A program made the translations under genes and the position numbers. This document shows positions 8,511-17,709 of a stretch of DNA of 37,458 bases, one piece after another. Each line of letters opens with the position of its first letter. Position 1 is the first letter of the stretch. The DNA is taken from the IMG/VR virus record IMGVR_UViG_2541047873_000006, one strand, 5' to 3'. This DNA is from a virus. Its lineage: Duplodnaviria > Heunggongvirae > Uroviricota > Caudoviricetes. Under the pieces are notes generated by a model, which saw only the letters and a program-made list of their open reading frames with translations, did not search any database and was not told the DNA's origin.

Positions 8511-9470
8511 ATGAAAATTTGTATCGACGACGGCTCCACCAACATCAAGCTGGCATGGACTGAGAACGGCGAACGCCGCAACGCCATCAGCCCGAACAGC
8601 TTCAAGTCGGAATGGTCTGCGCCGTTCGGTGGCACGCAGCCCGCGAACTACATGCTTGATGGCGTGCGCTATGGTTTTGATCCGGTCAGCGATCGCTTTG
8701 TCCAGACGACCGACACGCAATACCAGTACAGCGATGTGAATGTCATTGCCATTCATCACGCGCTGGTCAAATCAGGCATCACGCCACAGGAGGTGGATGT
8801 GGTTGTCACCCTGCCACTGAGCGAGTATTTCGACACAAACGCACAGCCGGACATGGCCAACATCAACCGCAAAAAAGCGAACGTTATGCGCCCGGTGGAG
8901 TACCAGAACGGCGAAGCATTCACTATCCGTAACGTGCGGGTTATGCCTGAATCCATTCCGGCTGGCTTTAAGGCACTGGCTGACATGAGTCCGTTTGAAT
9001 CCCTGCTGATTGTGGATTTAGGCGGAACCACGCTGGATGTGGCAAAGGTTCAGGGGCAACTGGCAGGTATCAGCCAGGTGTTTTGCGATCCACACGTAGG
9101 CGTTTCCCTGATGGCCGATGCCGTGCTGTCGGTGATGGCCGCTAACGGTATGCGTACCAGTCACCACATCGCCAATACCATTATCGAACATCGCCATGAT
9201 GAAGCCTGGTTGCGCCAACACATCCACAATGACGCGCATTACGCCAGCCTGATGGCGGTTATTCGTGAAAAGGAAGAAACACTGAAACAACGCGTGATCC
9301 GCGCGCTGGCGGGTTTTTCGGGTTACGGACGGGTGATGGTTGTCGGTGGCGGGGCGGAGATTGTGGCACCCGCTATCCGCGAAGCCTGCGGAGTTAATGC
9401 GACTTTCATCGCGGACGGGGTGCCACAGTTTGCTCTGGTTAATGGGCTGTACGCAATGGACAAGGAGTAA
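8511..9470 (+). CDS. parM: Actin-like segregation ATPase ParM/StbA family, 319 aa
   Basis: MKICIDDGSTNIKLAW...ISPNSFK...YQYSDVNV...MPESIPAG...LIVDLGGTTLDV...VMVVGGGAE is collinear with the recalled plasmid R1 ParM (MLVFIDDGSTNIKLQW...); AAGGA Shine-Dalgarno. Confidence 0.9.
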   Translation: MKICIDDGSTNIKLAWTENGERRNAISPNSFKSEWSAPFGGTQPANYMLDGVRYGFDPVSDRFVQTTDTQYQYSDVNVIAIHHALVKSGITPQEVDVVVTLPLSEYFDTNAQPDMANINRKKANVMRPVEYQNGEAFTIRNVRVMPESIPAGFKALADMSPFESLLIVDLGGTTLDVAKVQGQLAGISQVFCDPHVGVSLMADAVLSVMAANGMRTSHHIANTIIEHRHDEAWLRQHIHNDAHYASLMAVIREKEETLKQRVIRALAGFSGYGRVMVVGGGAEIVAPAIREACGVNATFIADGVPQFALVNGLYAMDKE

Positions 9471-9474
9471 ACCA

Positions 9475-9789
9475 ATGACGACACCAACCAGACGGATAAG
9501 TTTCTATCTGAAGCCCGCCGCCGTCAATAGTGAACGGAAGGCGTGTAATTACCTCGACAGCCTGCCAGCCTCTGAACGCAGCCGCGCGCAACGCGCGGCC
9601 TTTCTGGCCGGGCTGGCACTCATAAAACGCGATCCTGCATTTGCCTATTGGTTGGCCGAATGGCCGGAAGAAGGAGCTGCGCCAGCAAAGAATAATATTC
9701 AGAGTAAATATGCCAGCACACCTGCCACCGGAAGCAATCACAGCACTAGCGAGATAAGAAAGAACATTCAGTCATTTTTCCCGGAGTGA
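9475..9789 (+). CDS. parR: ParR/StbB-like ribbon-helix-helix centromere-binding adaptor, 104 aa
   Basis: ATG 9475 with CAAGGAG 7 nt upstream, in frame with track ORF 9340..9789; ISFYLKPAAVNSERKACNYLDSLPASERSRAQRAAFLAGLAL matches the recalled R1 ParR N-terminus (IAFKLNPDVNQTDKIVCDTLDSIPQGERSRLNRAALTAGLAL). Confidence 0.8.
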   Translation: MTTPTRRISFYLKPAAVNSERKACNYLDSLPASERSRAQRAAFLAGLALIKRDPAFAYWLAEWPEEGAAPAKNNIQSKYASTPATGSNHSTSEIRKNIQSFFPE

Positions 9790-9808
9790 AAACAGGAGAG
9801 GTGCATCT

Positions 9809-10240
9809 ATGGCAACTATTCCCAAAAAATGGTTACAACGCAAAATCGCAGACCTTGAATCGTGTCGTGAAGACATCCCATTTGGCCTTGATGAAAACGA
9901 TCACAATATGTTAATCGCACTGAAAATCGCACTCACATCGCTGGAAGCGAAACCTGTTGCATGGACTGATGATGAGGAACTGCGTGATGTCAAGCAGTAT
10001 GGTTTCGGTGAGATATTTCAGTGTCCGCCAGATAAATACGCGGATCCGCGCCGTGTTATCCCTATGTATCAAGAGCCGCCAGCGCCAGCAGTACCAGATG
10101 GGCTGGTTAGAGCGGTGCGTTTCTATGAACAGGTTAAGCGTGAAAATCCGCCAGCCGAAACCGGAGCATGGAAAGACGCTGTTGACTGGGTGCTCAAAGA
10201 GGCCTGCCAAGTTGTAAACACTGGCATCAAAGGAGACTGA
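9809..10240 (+). CDS. Hypothetical protein (143 aa), first of three small cargo ORFs after parR
   Basis: Track ORF with AGGAGA Shine-Dalgarno; carries an IAL-x-SLEA-x-PVAW motif shared with the ORF at 10448..10708. Confidence 0.5.
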   Translation: MATIPKKWLQRKIADLESCREDIPFGLDENDHNMLIALKIALTSLEAKPVAWTDDEELRDVKQYGFGEIFQCPPDKYADPRRVIPMYQEPPAPAVPDGLVRAVRFYEQVKRENPPAETGAWKDAVDWVLKEACQVVNTGIKGD

Positions 10241-10241
10241 T

Positions 10242-10451
10242 ATGGCTATTGCCGCAAGTTACACCATGCATCTCTATTGTGATTGCCTCCAGTGTACAGA
10301 TGGCAAATATAAGTCGCCAGACTTCGGTGAGTATATAGGTACGTCATGGGCTGGCTGTGCAAAAGAGGCGCGCAAGGATGGCTGGCGAATAAGCAAAGAC
10401 AAAACGCGTGCTTTTGCGCCCGGGCATAAAGTTTTGAGGATTAACAAATGA
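10242..10451 (+). CDS. Hypothetical Cys-rich small protein (69 aa)
   Basis: Track ORF; Cys cluster CDCLQC plus a distal Cys suggests a possible metal-binding knuckle. Confidence 0.4.
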   Translation: MAIAASYTMHLYCDCLQCTDGKYKSPDFGEYIGTSWAGCAKEARKDGWRISKDKTRAFAPGHKVLRINK

Positions 10452-10708
10452 CCACTTTAACCGACAAAGAACTGATTAAAGAAATCAAAGAGCGCATAGG
10501 CAGCCTAGACGTGAGAGACAATATTGAACGCCGTGCTTATGAAATTGCTCTGGTATCGCTGGAAGCAGAGCCAGTAGCATGGATGCATGTAAATAACGGC
10601 ATCGGAATACCAGCAATAACAAGGAGTAAAGAGGTTGCAGAGAGTTGGTTATCAAAAGGCTGGTATGTCCAACCCTTACATCTAGCCCAGCCTGCATCAA
10701 AGCTATAG
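10448..10708 (+). CDS. Hypothetical protein (86 aa), paralogous motif with the 9809 ORF
   Basis: Track ORF with ATGA overlap; the shared motif is also visible in DNA (TCGCTGGAAGC in both genes). Confidence 0.5.
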   Translation: MTTLTDKELIKEIKERIGSLDVRDNIERRAYEIALVSLEAEPVAWMHVNNGIGIPAITRSKEVAESWLSKGWYVQPLHLAQPASKL

Positions 10709-10717
10709 AAATGAGCC

Positions 10718-10746
10718 AAAACGCCCTCTTCCAGGGCGTTTATTTC
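10718..10746 (+). terminator. Intrinsic terminator ending the A/parMR accessory operon
   Basis: AACGCCCT-CTTCC-AGGGCGTT stem-loop followed by TATTTC, 10 nt after the stop at 10708. Confidence 0.6.
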
Positions 10747-11199
10747 AATGCACAATAGTGCACAAATTTGCACAATTTTTTTGAACGACTTTTTGCCCTT
10801 CCGGCCCGCGGGGCGACTGGATCCGTCAAGGATCCGTGCGTGCACAAAAAAACGCGCTTTTTCTGCGCGCAGGTGACGGGGGAACAGCCCGCGTTTCAGG
10901 GGGTAAATAGCATTCCCTGAACGATGTCGCAGAGATACAACAGAATGGCTGTATTTCTCACGCTGAGCGTGAAAAAGACGTGAGGGCTTTTGATTTGATG
11001 GGGTGAAAGGTAAGGCCGTCAAAATCGCACTGAGACGGCGAGAACATGCAGCCAACGCGGTGGGATTGCGTAAGAGTCTGGCTGTCGATGATGGCAATAA
11101 GCAGGAAAGCGTCGTGAAATTATCTGATTGATACAGGAGCTGGAGAGTCGGGGCATAAATTTTTTATGCCCCGGCGAAGCAGCAGACAAGCGAAGCGCG
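10747..11199. other. Non-coding region adjacent to portal 3' end: candidate cos / packaging region
   Basis: Position corresponds to cos in a P2-type prophage map; GC-rich stretch GGTGACGGGGGAACAGCCC at about 10872-10890 loosely resembles the recalled P2 cohesive end; three TGCACAA copies at exact 10-bp phasing (10749, 10759, 10769). Confidence 0.3.
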
Positions 11200-12246
11200 T
11201 CAGGATGTGGGCTGGGTGTCCAGCAGTGCATAAGGGTTAAAGCGGATCACCTCTTCGCCAAGCCAGTCATTGATGTGCTTCATGGCCTCCATGACGGGCA
11301 TCAGTTCGTTAATTGCGTAAACCCGCGCGGCCTTCTCCACATCACCAAACGCACTTTTTTCGCCCGGCATCGCCCCCATCAGTTGCGGCGGAACGCGGTG
11401 CGCAGCCAGCACATCATCACGGGATGCCGCCTTGACATTCATGAACTCATCCTTTGCAGTGATCTGCTGGAACGGCAAAATTTGCACACCTTCTTTGCCC
11501 CCGTTGGGCGCATGAATGAGCACGTTTTTAAACGCACCACCACCACGTGCACCCTGTAACGTTTCTTTCAGGGAGTCCATGCTTTCGCGGTTTACCTGCG
11601 CTGCACCGATGTAGATGATGCACCCGGCGTGGGATCCGTTGTCGTAATACAGTTTTCTGAACATGTCCGCCGAATGAGACAGGCTGGCCGAGAGTAATGC
11701 GCCGAGATATTCCGGCATGCCGTAGATTTCCTGGTTAATATCCGGATTCATCAGGTGGCACACTTTGCCAGGGCGAAACTGGAACGCGTCCTTGCCATCC
11801 TGCACATACCACCATGATTCAAGATCGCTTCCGCGTCGCATGTATTTCGCCAGGGCGTGCCGTAATTTAAGCGGTTCACCGAGCATATTGCTTCGAAGCT
11901 CAAGGAATGCGTTACCGAACACAAACCAGTCCAGCGCCAGCGCCGAGAAATCCTGCCGGGAAAGCAGCGGGTGCGGAATATAGCAACCGAGCAATACATT
12001 GCGCTTAAAGTAAAGCGCAGACTGATGCCAGGACGTTTGCCGGGCAGCTCTTGCCAGACCGTACCAGTCCACCGGGGTTTCATACCACCGCCCGTTATCA
12101 GCACAGTACATATTGTCCAGCAGGTCATGCCCGGTCAGGCGATAAGGACCATCAAATGTGAATGCGCTGAGCGATGATTCTTTCCTGAGCGCATCAGCGA
12201 GATCAATGCGTGAACTCATGCGCACTTTTTTATTTTTTCTGCTCAT
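11200..12246 (-). CDS. Q: Portal protein (P2 gpQ-like), 348 aa
   Basis: Track ORF; size and position as P2 Q; ATG overlaps the TGA of upstream terminase P (ATGA coupling). Confidence 0.85.
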   Translation of the reverse strand: MSRKNKKVRMSSRIDLADALRKESSLSAFTFDGPYRLTGHDLLDNMYCADNGRWYETPVDWYGLARAARQTSWHQSALYFKRNVLLGCYIPHPLLSRQDFSALALDWFVFGNAFLELRSNMLGEPLKLRHALAKYMRRGSDLESWWYVQDGKDAFQFRPGKVCHLMNPDINQEIYGMPEYLGALLSASLSHSADMFRKLYYDNGSHAGCIIYIGAAQVNRESMDSLKETLQGARGGGAFKNVLIHAPNGGKEGVQILPFQQITAKDEFMNVKAASRDDVLAAHRVPPQLMGAMPGEKSAFGDVEKAARVYAINELMPVMEAMKHINDWLGEEVIRFNPYALLDTQPTS

Positions 12247-13997
12247 CAGAACTCCATAACCGTGAAACGCTCGTTTTCTCCTTCGCCGCCAATCGGTTCG
12301 TTAATGACAGCAAGCATGGTCGCCCACGCAAGGTCGCCGTGGCTGATCCCCCTAGCGCGGTCCGTTTCGTAAGTGATAAAGCCGCCCGGTGTTTTCACCT
12401 TACGCACGGCGTTAAAGGCCGCGACCAGTTCGCGTTCGGCGCGATCGTATTCCCACCGCCCGGCACGCATTATTTGCAGCATTTTCAGTACCAGCGACCG
12501 TTTTGATGACAGCGTGAAGGTGTACGGAATAGCAGCAGGGAAAAACCGTTTCACTATCTGATAAACAGCCTCCCCGTTCCCGCCCGTCACATCAATGCCG
12601 ATGTGTTCCACGTTGTAGCGACACGTGAACTCTTCAATGACTCTGGCCTGTTCTTCAAACTCCAGCCCCTGAACGCGTCGCGTCTCCACCGTTCGAAAAC
12701 GGCCACCAGGAACAGCCGGAGGAACCACCACGGACACAGCGCCGCTGTCGCCGTTGCCACTGCTGCCGTTTGCGTCATACCCAATCCATACCGGACGATT
12801 TCCCATCGGGCGGGGAGCAAAAGGTTTCCAGTCTTTCCAGTCGTCGTATCCGTCAACGCCGCAGCCAATCAGGATATTCAGGTTAAATGCCGATTCCCCT
12901 TCGCGGACAAACTCACACATGTAGAGATTGAGGAACTCGTCTTCGGTGTTTTCATCGCGGATTTCGTCAATATCGGTGTGTTTCCAGCCGTAATTAACCA
13001 CATCTTCCAGCGTGACAATCTGCCGCCATGTCCGGTCAGGGCAGATAAGTCCGTTATGCAGCGTTTTCCAGTCCACAGAAAAACGCTGGCGTTTATGCGA
13101 GGCCTTTTTCTCGTTCCAGCGGTCGCCGTTCCAGTAGGCGTATGCCTCGTGCGTTTCGGTGGATGGCGTGGAGAAGTAGGTGCGCCGCAGTCCGCTGAGG
13201 GTTGCCATAGCGCCAGCCACCTTGCGCAGTTCAGCAAAGCGACTGACCCAGAAAAATTCATCAAAATAAAAATTGCCCGTATAGGACTGTGCCGACGCAG
13301 CAGAAGTGCCGAGAAAATGCAGCTCTGCGCCGTTGGAGAGGATGATTTTATCGCCCCCTTTCAGCTCCACATCAACTTCAGCCGCGGCCTTCTGAATAAT
13401 GCTTTTAAACTGGAACGCCTGACGACGCGACGCAGACAAAAAAATCTGGTTACGCTGGTAAGGTTGCGCCACATCGTCACGCAGCGCCATCAGCAGTGCT
13501 TCCTGTGCAAAATACCAGGTCGCCCCAATCTGTCGGGATTTCAGGATCATCCTGTTACGTATCCCGGCTTCCCTGCAAAGGGTCAGGGAGTCAAACCAGC
13601 CCCGCTGATGCCACTCCAGCCTGCTGATGATTTTTTCCCGCAGTGCGGCAATCTGTTCCGGCGTGAAATGATTTTTGAGTTTTTTCGCCCGGCCTTTCTT
13701 TCCTGCGGCCATCACATCCGGCTGGCCATCATGCAGCTTTTTAAGCTGCCGGGTCAGCAGGTCTATTTCCTTAAAGTCACCGCCTGTTTTATTCTGTTTT
13801 TCAGTAAGCTGGATGAGGCGCGCATCAATGGACTGCGTGACACGCTGCACGGGTGGCGTTTCATCCCACTGGTCGCGTTTTTTCCACGCATAAATCGTGT
13901 TCGGGTTTATTCCCATCAGACGTGATATTTCTGCGGGCGGATAACCCTGCCAGTAAAGTTGCCGCGCACGCTGGCGCACAAAAGCGTCCTGAATCAT
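12246..13997 (-). CDS. P: Terminase large (ATPase) subunit (P2 gpP-like), 583 aa
   Basis: Track ORF; GGGGGAG Shine-Dalgarno; size and P-then-Q order match the leftward P2 late operon. Confidence 0.85.
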   Translation of the reverse strand: MIQDAFVRQRARQLYWQGYPPAEISRLMGINPNTIYAWKKRDQWDETPPVQRVTQSIDARLIQLTEKQNKTGGDFKEIDLLTRQLKKLHDGQPDVMAAGKKGRAKKLKNHFTPEQIAALREKIISRLEWHQRGWFDSLTLCREAGIRNRMILKSRQIGATWYFAQEALLMALRDDVAQPYQRNQIFLSASRRQAFQFKSIIQKAAAEVDVELKGGDKIILSNGAELHFLGTSAASAQSYTGNFYFDEFFWVSRFAELRKVAGAMATLSGLRRTYFSTPSTETHEAYAYWNGDRWNEKKASHKRQRFSVDWKTLHNGLICPDRTWRQIVTLEDVVNYGWKHTDIDEIRDENTEDEFLNLYMCEFVREGESAFNLNILIGCGVDGYDDWKDWKPFAPRPMGNRPVWIGYDANGSSGNGDSGAVSVVVPPAVPGGRFRTVETRRVQGLEFEEQARVIEEFTCRYNVEHIGIDVTGGNGEAVYQIVKRFFPAAIPYTFTLSSKRSLVLKMLQIMRAGRWEYDRAERELVAAFNAVRKVKTPGGFITYETDRARGISHGDLAWATMLAVINEPIGGEGENERFTVMEF

Positions 13998-14151
13998 TGC
14001 TCCCCCTGAGTAATTACAGGAAGATTACCCGCGCGCGAAACCGTTCTCCTTAACCCCCTGTTCTGGCCGTTTTCTTACAACAAAAGCCCTTTGTATCAGC
14101 CTGTTACGCTTTGCCATCATGACTGAAGAACCAGTCAGAGGGGCAAAAACT
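13998..14151. promoter_or_regulatory. Divergent late promoter region between P and O
   Basis: By analogy with P2 P_P/P_O; a canonical TGT-N12-ACA Ogr dyad was not found by eye. Confidence 0.35.
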
Positions 14152-14988
14152 ATGGCTAATGAAAAAAAGACATCCCGCAAAAAGTTTCGCGTGGCTGTCT
14201 CCGGATCAACTGTTGATGGCCGCGAAATCAGTCCGGTACATCTGCGTGAAGCCGCCGAGAACTTCAACCCGGATGTTTACGCTGCCCGCGTGAACGTTGA
14301 GCACTATCTCTCGCCATGCCCGTCAAGCGAATTTTCCGCAATGGGCGATGTCACCGCGCTGAGTACGGAAGATATTACGGAAGGCCCGCTGGCCGGACGT
14401 ACTGCGCTGTATGCAGAAATCGAACCGACCGAGCGCATGAAGCAGCTTGTCGCTGACGGCAAGAAAATCTATTCCAGTATCGAACTGCACCCGCAGTTCT
14501 CCGTTAACGGGCGCGCCTATCTGGTCGGGCTGGCGATGACCGACACCCCGGCAAGCCTGGGCACTGAGCGCCTGAAATTCACGGCACAGCAACGTCAGGC
14601 GGTGATGACGTTCAACAGTGTCCAGGGTGAAGCACCGCTTATCTCCGAAGCCATCGAGTCTGAAATCATCGAAATGGCAGAACAACGCCAGGAAGAAGGC
14701 ACCCAGTGGTTTAACCGCGTAATGGGGATTATTGGCCGTGGCCGCAAAGCGGATGACGCCAGTTTCTCCCGCATTCAGGAAGCGGTGGAAGGCGTCGCAA
14801 CGTCACAGGCCGACATTATCGACCGTTTTAATGCACTGGAAACCCGCCATCAGCAGGACAGCCAGAAAATCACTTCACTGACCACAGAGCTGGCAGCACT
14901 GAAGGAAAAACTGCGCACGCAGGACGGCGATCCGCAGAACCGGTTCACCGCAACGGGCGCAGCCTCCGACCAGCTGGCTGACTTCTGA
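14152..14988 (+). CDS. O: Capsid scaffolding protein (P2 gpO-like)
   Basis: Track ORF 14119..14988; start at MANEKK (ATG 14152, GAGGGG upstream); KKFRVAVSGSTVDGREISPVHLREAAENFNP...AYLVGLAMTDTPASLGTE aligns with the recalled P2 O. Confidence 0.85.
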   Translation: MANEKKTSRKKFRVAVSGSTVDGREISPVHLREAAENFNPDVYAARVNVEHYLSPCPSSEFSAMGDVTALSTEDITEGPLAGRTALYAEIEPTERMKQLVADGKKIYSSIELHPQFSVNGRAYLVGLAMTDTPASLGTERLKFTAQQRQAVMTFNSVQGEAPLISEAIESEIIEMAEQRQEEGTQWFNRVMGIIGRGRKADDASFSRIQEAVEGVATSQADIIDRFNALETRHQQDSQKITSLTTELAALKEKLRTQDGDPQNRFTATGAASDQLADF

Positions 14989-15011
14989 TAAGACAAAGGA
15001 GCAAATTTTTT

Positions 15012-16064
15012 ATGAATCTGGTGATGTCAGATATTACCCGCAACAAGCTGGGTTGCTATATGGCGCAGCAGGCGTCGCTTAACAATATCCCGGTTTCCGC
15101 ACTGGTATCGCGATTTACCGTGGAACCCTCGGTACAGCAGCGTTTTGAAAACGCCTCAAAGGAAAGCACCGAATTTACAAAAAGAATTAACGTGATCGGC
15201 GTGACCGACCAGAAAGGCGAAAAAATCCTCCTGGATACCACCGGGCCGATTGCGCGCACGAATACCAGTTATGACGGCACAAAACGCCGTAACCCGAATA
15301 ACGTGGTTGATCTGAAAAACCGCAAATACCAGTGCGAACAGGTGAACTACGACACGTTTATTTCATATCCGCAGCTTGATGCCTGGGCGGCACACCCTGA
15401 TTTTCAGTCCCGCATCAGCGCACAGATTGCCCGACAGGTGGCACTTGACCGCATCATGATCGGTTTCAACGGCACGTCTCACGCGGATGAGTCTAACTTC
15501 AGCACCAACAAGTTGCTTCAGGACGTTAACGTGGGCTGGCTGGAGCACATCAGAACCGACGCCAGCGAACGCGTTATGAATGACGTGACGCTGACCTCCC
15601 GTAACATGGACAACACCGTGGCGCACGCGGGTAAGTATGCGAACGCTGATGCACTGGTACAGGACGCGCGCTCATCCCTGCTGGATGAATGGCACAAGGA
15701 AGCTGACGACCTCGTGGTGATTATGGGGCGCAACCTGTTTAACTCGCTGCGTCTGCCCGTGCTGAACAGCATCAGCGGCCAGAATCCCAATGCGGAATTA
15801 CTCGCCGGGCAGCTCATTCTGTCATCGCGCACCATTGGCGGGCTGGGCGTGTTCCTTGCGCCGTTCTTCCCGGATTCAACGATGCTGATCACCTCGTTCA
15901 ACAACCTGTCGATTTACTGGCAGAAAGGTTCAATGCGTCGTCTGATGAAAGACGAACCGGAATACAACCGCATCGCCACCTACCAGTCCATCAATGACGC
16001 TTATGTCGTTGAAGACTATGGCAAGTGCGCGATGGTCACTGGCCTGAAGTTCGCCGACAGCTAA
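15012..16064 (+). CDS. N: Major capsid protein (P2 gpN-like)
   Basis: Track ORF; SRFTVEPSVQQ...KGEKI...MIGFNGT...VGWLE...LVVIMGRNL...NLSIYWQ aligns with the recalled P2 N; alternative start at 15024. Confidence 0.9.
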   Translation: MNLVMSDITRNKLGCYMAQQASLNNIPVSALVSRFTVEPSVQQRFENASKESTEFTKRINVIGVTDQKGEKILLDTTGPIARTNTSYDGTKRRNPNNVVDLKNRKYQCEQVNYDTFISYPQLDAWAAHPDFQSRISAQIARQVALDRIMIGFNGTSHADESNFSTNKLLQDVNVGWLEHIRTDASERVMNDVTLTSRNMDNTVAHAGKYANADALVQDARSSLLDEWHKEADDLVVIMGRNLFNSLRLPVLNSISGQNPNAELLAGQLILSSRTIGGLGVFLAPFFPDSTMLITSFNNLSIYWQKGSMRRLMKDEPEYNRIATYQSINDAYVVEDYGKCAMVTGLKFADS

Positions 16065-16073
16065 TCAACTCAC

Positions 16074-16092
16074 GGCGGGCATCATGCCCGCC
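16074..16092 (+). other. Stable stem-loop directly after the major capsid gene
   Basis: Perfect palindrome GGCGGGCAT-C-ATGCCCGCC 10 nt after the N stop; no T-run follows. Confidence 0.35.
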
Positions 16093-16109
16093 TGTAACGG
16101 AGAGAAAAA

Positions 16110-16910
16110 ATGATTACTCCTGCACAACAACACTGGCAGAACGTGATGGCACAGCGCGCAGGCCGGGCGAATGAAGGCGTGGACCACGCCGCGCGTACCG
16201 CGCATGAAGAGGTGCTGTATCGTCTGCGTCTGGCACAGGCCCGGCTTAAGGGCGTACAGGCCAGAAGCGCGAAAGCCGCCATCAAAAAAGAGTTGTTGCC
16301 GGATTTTTTCGGCTGGATTGAGGGAACGCTGGAGGCTGACGGCGGGCAGCAGGATGAAGTGATTGCCACGCTGATGGTGTGGGCGATTGACTGCGGCGAT
16401 CTTCCGCTTGCGTTGCGTATTGGTGCGTATGTGGTCCGTCATAACCTCATCATGCCGGATAACTTTGGCCGTACTGCTGCCACGGTACTGACCGAAGAAA
16501 TCTGCAACCCGGTACTGACGCAGGCCGGGACGGATGCTGACGCGGATTTGTCCGCCTTTATCGAACCACTGGACACCCTCCGGGAGATTGTCACAGACCA
16601 GGACATGCCGGACGAAGTGCGCGCCAAATTATGCAAGGCGTGCGCCTTTGCCCGTCGTGGTCTGACCGATGCAGACAACATGGCCTTATCACTGAAGCTG
16701 CTGCGCGAAGCGATGCACCTGAACCCGAACGCAGGTGTGAAACGCGAGATTGCAACCCTTTCCCGCGCCCTGAAAAAAGCCGATTCCGCAGCCGAACCAG
16801 AAGACGCCAGCGCACAGCAGGCGCAGGACGAAAGCAGCAAAAGTAAAAAGACAACGCGGAAGCCTGCAACACGAAAAACCACCGCGACGCAGAAGGCGAA
16901 GCGCGGTTAA
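16110..16910 (+). CDS. M: Terminase small (endonuclease) subunit (P2 gpM-like), 266 aa
   Basis: Track ORF; GGAGAG Shine-Dalgarno; size and position as P2 M; basic Lys/Thr-rich C-terminus. Confidence 0.8.
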   Translation: MITPAQQHWQNVMAQRAGRANEGVDHAARTAHEEVLYRLRLAQARLKGVQARSAKAAIKKELLPDFFGWIEGTLEADGGQQDEVIATLMVWAIDCGDLPLALRIGAYVVRHNLIMPDNFGRTAATVLTEEICNPVLTQAGTDADADLSAFIEPLDTLREIVTDQDMPDEVRAKLCKACAFARRGLTDADNMALSLKLLREAMHLNPNAGVKREIATLSRALKKADSAAEPEDASAQQAQDESSKSKKTTRKPATRKTTATQKAKRG

Positions 16911-16925
16911 CGACTGACCCCGTCA

Positions 16926-16999
16926 GCGGGCGGCGTGCGCGGTGTTCCGGTTTGACTCCGTGACCGTTTACACCGCGCACCCACCGCCCGATTTTTTTC
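16926..16999 (+). terminator. Candidate intrinsic terminator/attenuator between M and L
   Basis: CGGGCGGCGTGCGCGGTG pairs with CACCGCGCACCCACCGCCCG, followed by ATTTTTTT. Confidence 0.45.
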
Positions 17000-17003
17000 A
17001 GGA

Positions 17004-17507
17004 GTGAACCCCATGAGTATGGTTGCCAGAACTGAACCCAGACCCGCAGAGGACGACATCACCGATACCGATGATGGCGATACCCGCATTTCAGCGGGTG
17101 CATTCTGGCCGGATATTGTGTTGCGCGAGCTGCGTCTGGCGGTACGACTGCCGGGGCGCGTGACCACCTCCCGCCTGCTGCATACCGCCACCGGAGCTGT
17201 GGCACACGTTACCCGCGAGCTGGAAGCATGGCAGCAGGAACAGCAGGCGGCTGGCCATCAGACGCTGGCCGATGTTCCAGCACCCGTAATTAACGGAGAA
17301 AGCGTCAATCTCTGGCACTGGCGCAATGCTGTTTATACCGCCACGCGCGCCCTGATTCTGGAGCGTTATCGTGATGCAGACACAACGGACAAGGGCGACC
17401 GCCGGGCGGACGCTCTGGATATACAGACATCGGATTTGTGGCGTGATGTGAGCTGGGCCATCTCTGACATTCTGTGCCGCCCGCGAATCTTTGCGGAGTT
17501 GTGCTGA
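17004..17507 (+). CDS. L: Head completion/stabilisation protein (P2 gpL-like), 167 aa
   Basis: Track ORF; AGGAGTG Shine-Dalgarno; size and order as P2 L. Confidence 0.8.
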   Translation: MNPMSMVARTEPRPAEDDITDTDDGDTRISAGAFWPDIVLRELRLAVRLPGRVTTSRLLHTATGAVAHVTRELEAWQQEQQAAGHQTLADVPAPVINGESVNLWHWRNAVYTATRALILERYRDADTTDKGDRRADALDIQTSDLWRDVSWAISDILCRPRIFAELC

Positions 17508-17707
17508 TGAAAGTGAAGGCACTGGAAGGCGACACCGTGGATTCGCTCTGTTTCCGGTACTACGGCACGACGCAGGGCGTCACCGAAAAGGTGCTGGATG
17601 CCAACCCCGGACTCTGTCAGCAGGTATTTCTGGATGCCGGGCAGGAAGTGGAGATGCCGGAGCCGGAGAAGAAGAAACGAGAAATGATTCAGTTGTGGGG
17701 GGAGTAG
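17507..17707 (+). CDS. X: Tail protein X (P2 gpX-like), 66 aa
   Basis: ATG 17507 overlaps the L stop (ATGA), in frame with track ORF 17474..17707; MKVKALEGDTVDSLCFRYYGTTQGVTEKVLDANPGL matches the recalled P2 X. Confidence 0.8.
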   Translation: MKVKALEGDTVDSLCFRYYGTTQGVTEKVLDANPGLCQQVFLDAGQEVEMPEPEKKKREMIQLWGE

Positions 17708-17709
17708 CA

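Noticed and set aside
10537-11097. 186-aa minus-strand ORF across the candidate cos region
   Set aside because: Overlaps the end of the plus-strand accessory operon and its terminator, and the composition looks non-coding; the region is expected to be the non-coding cos/packaging region.
12603-13925. 440-aa plus-strand ORF antisense to terminase large subunit P
   Set aside because: Shadow ORF of a strongly supported structural gene; low-complexity, Arg/Pro-rich translation with no start context.
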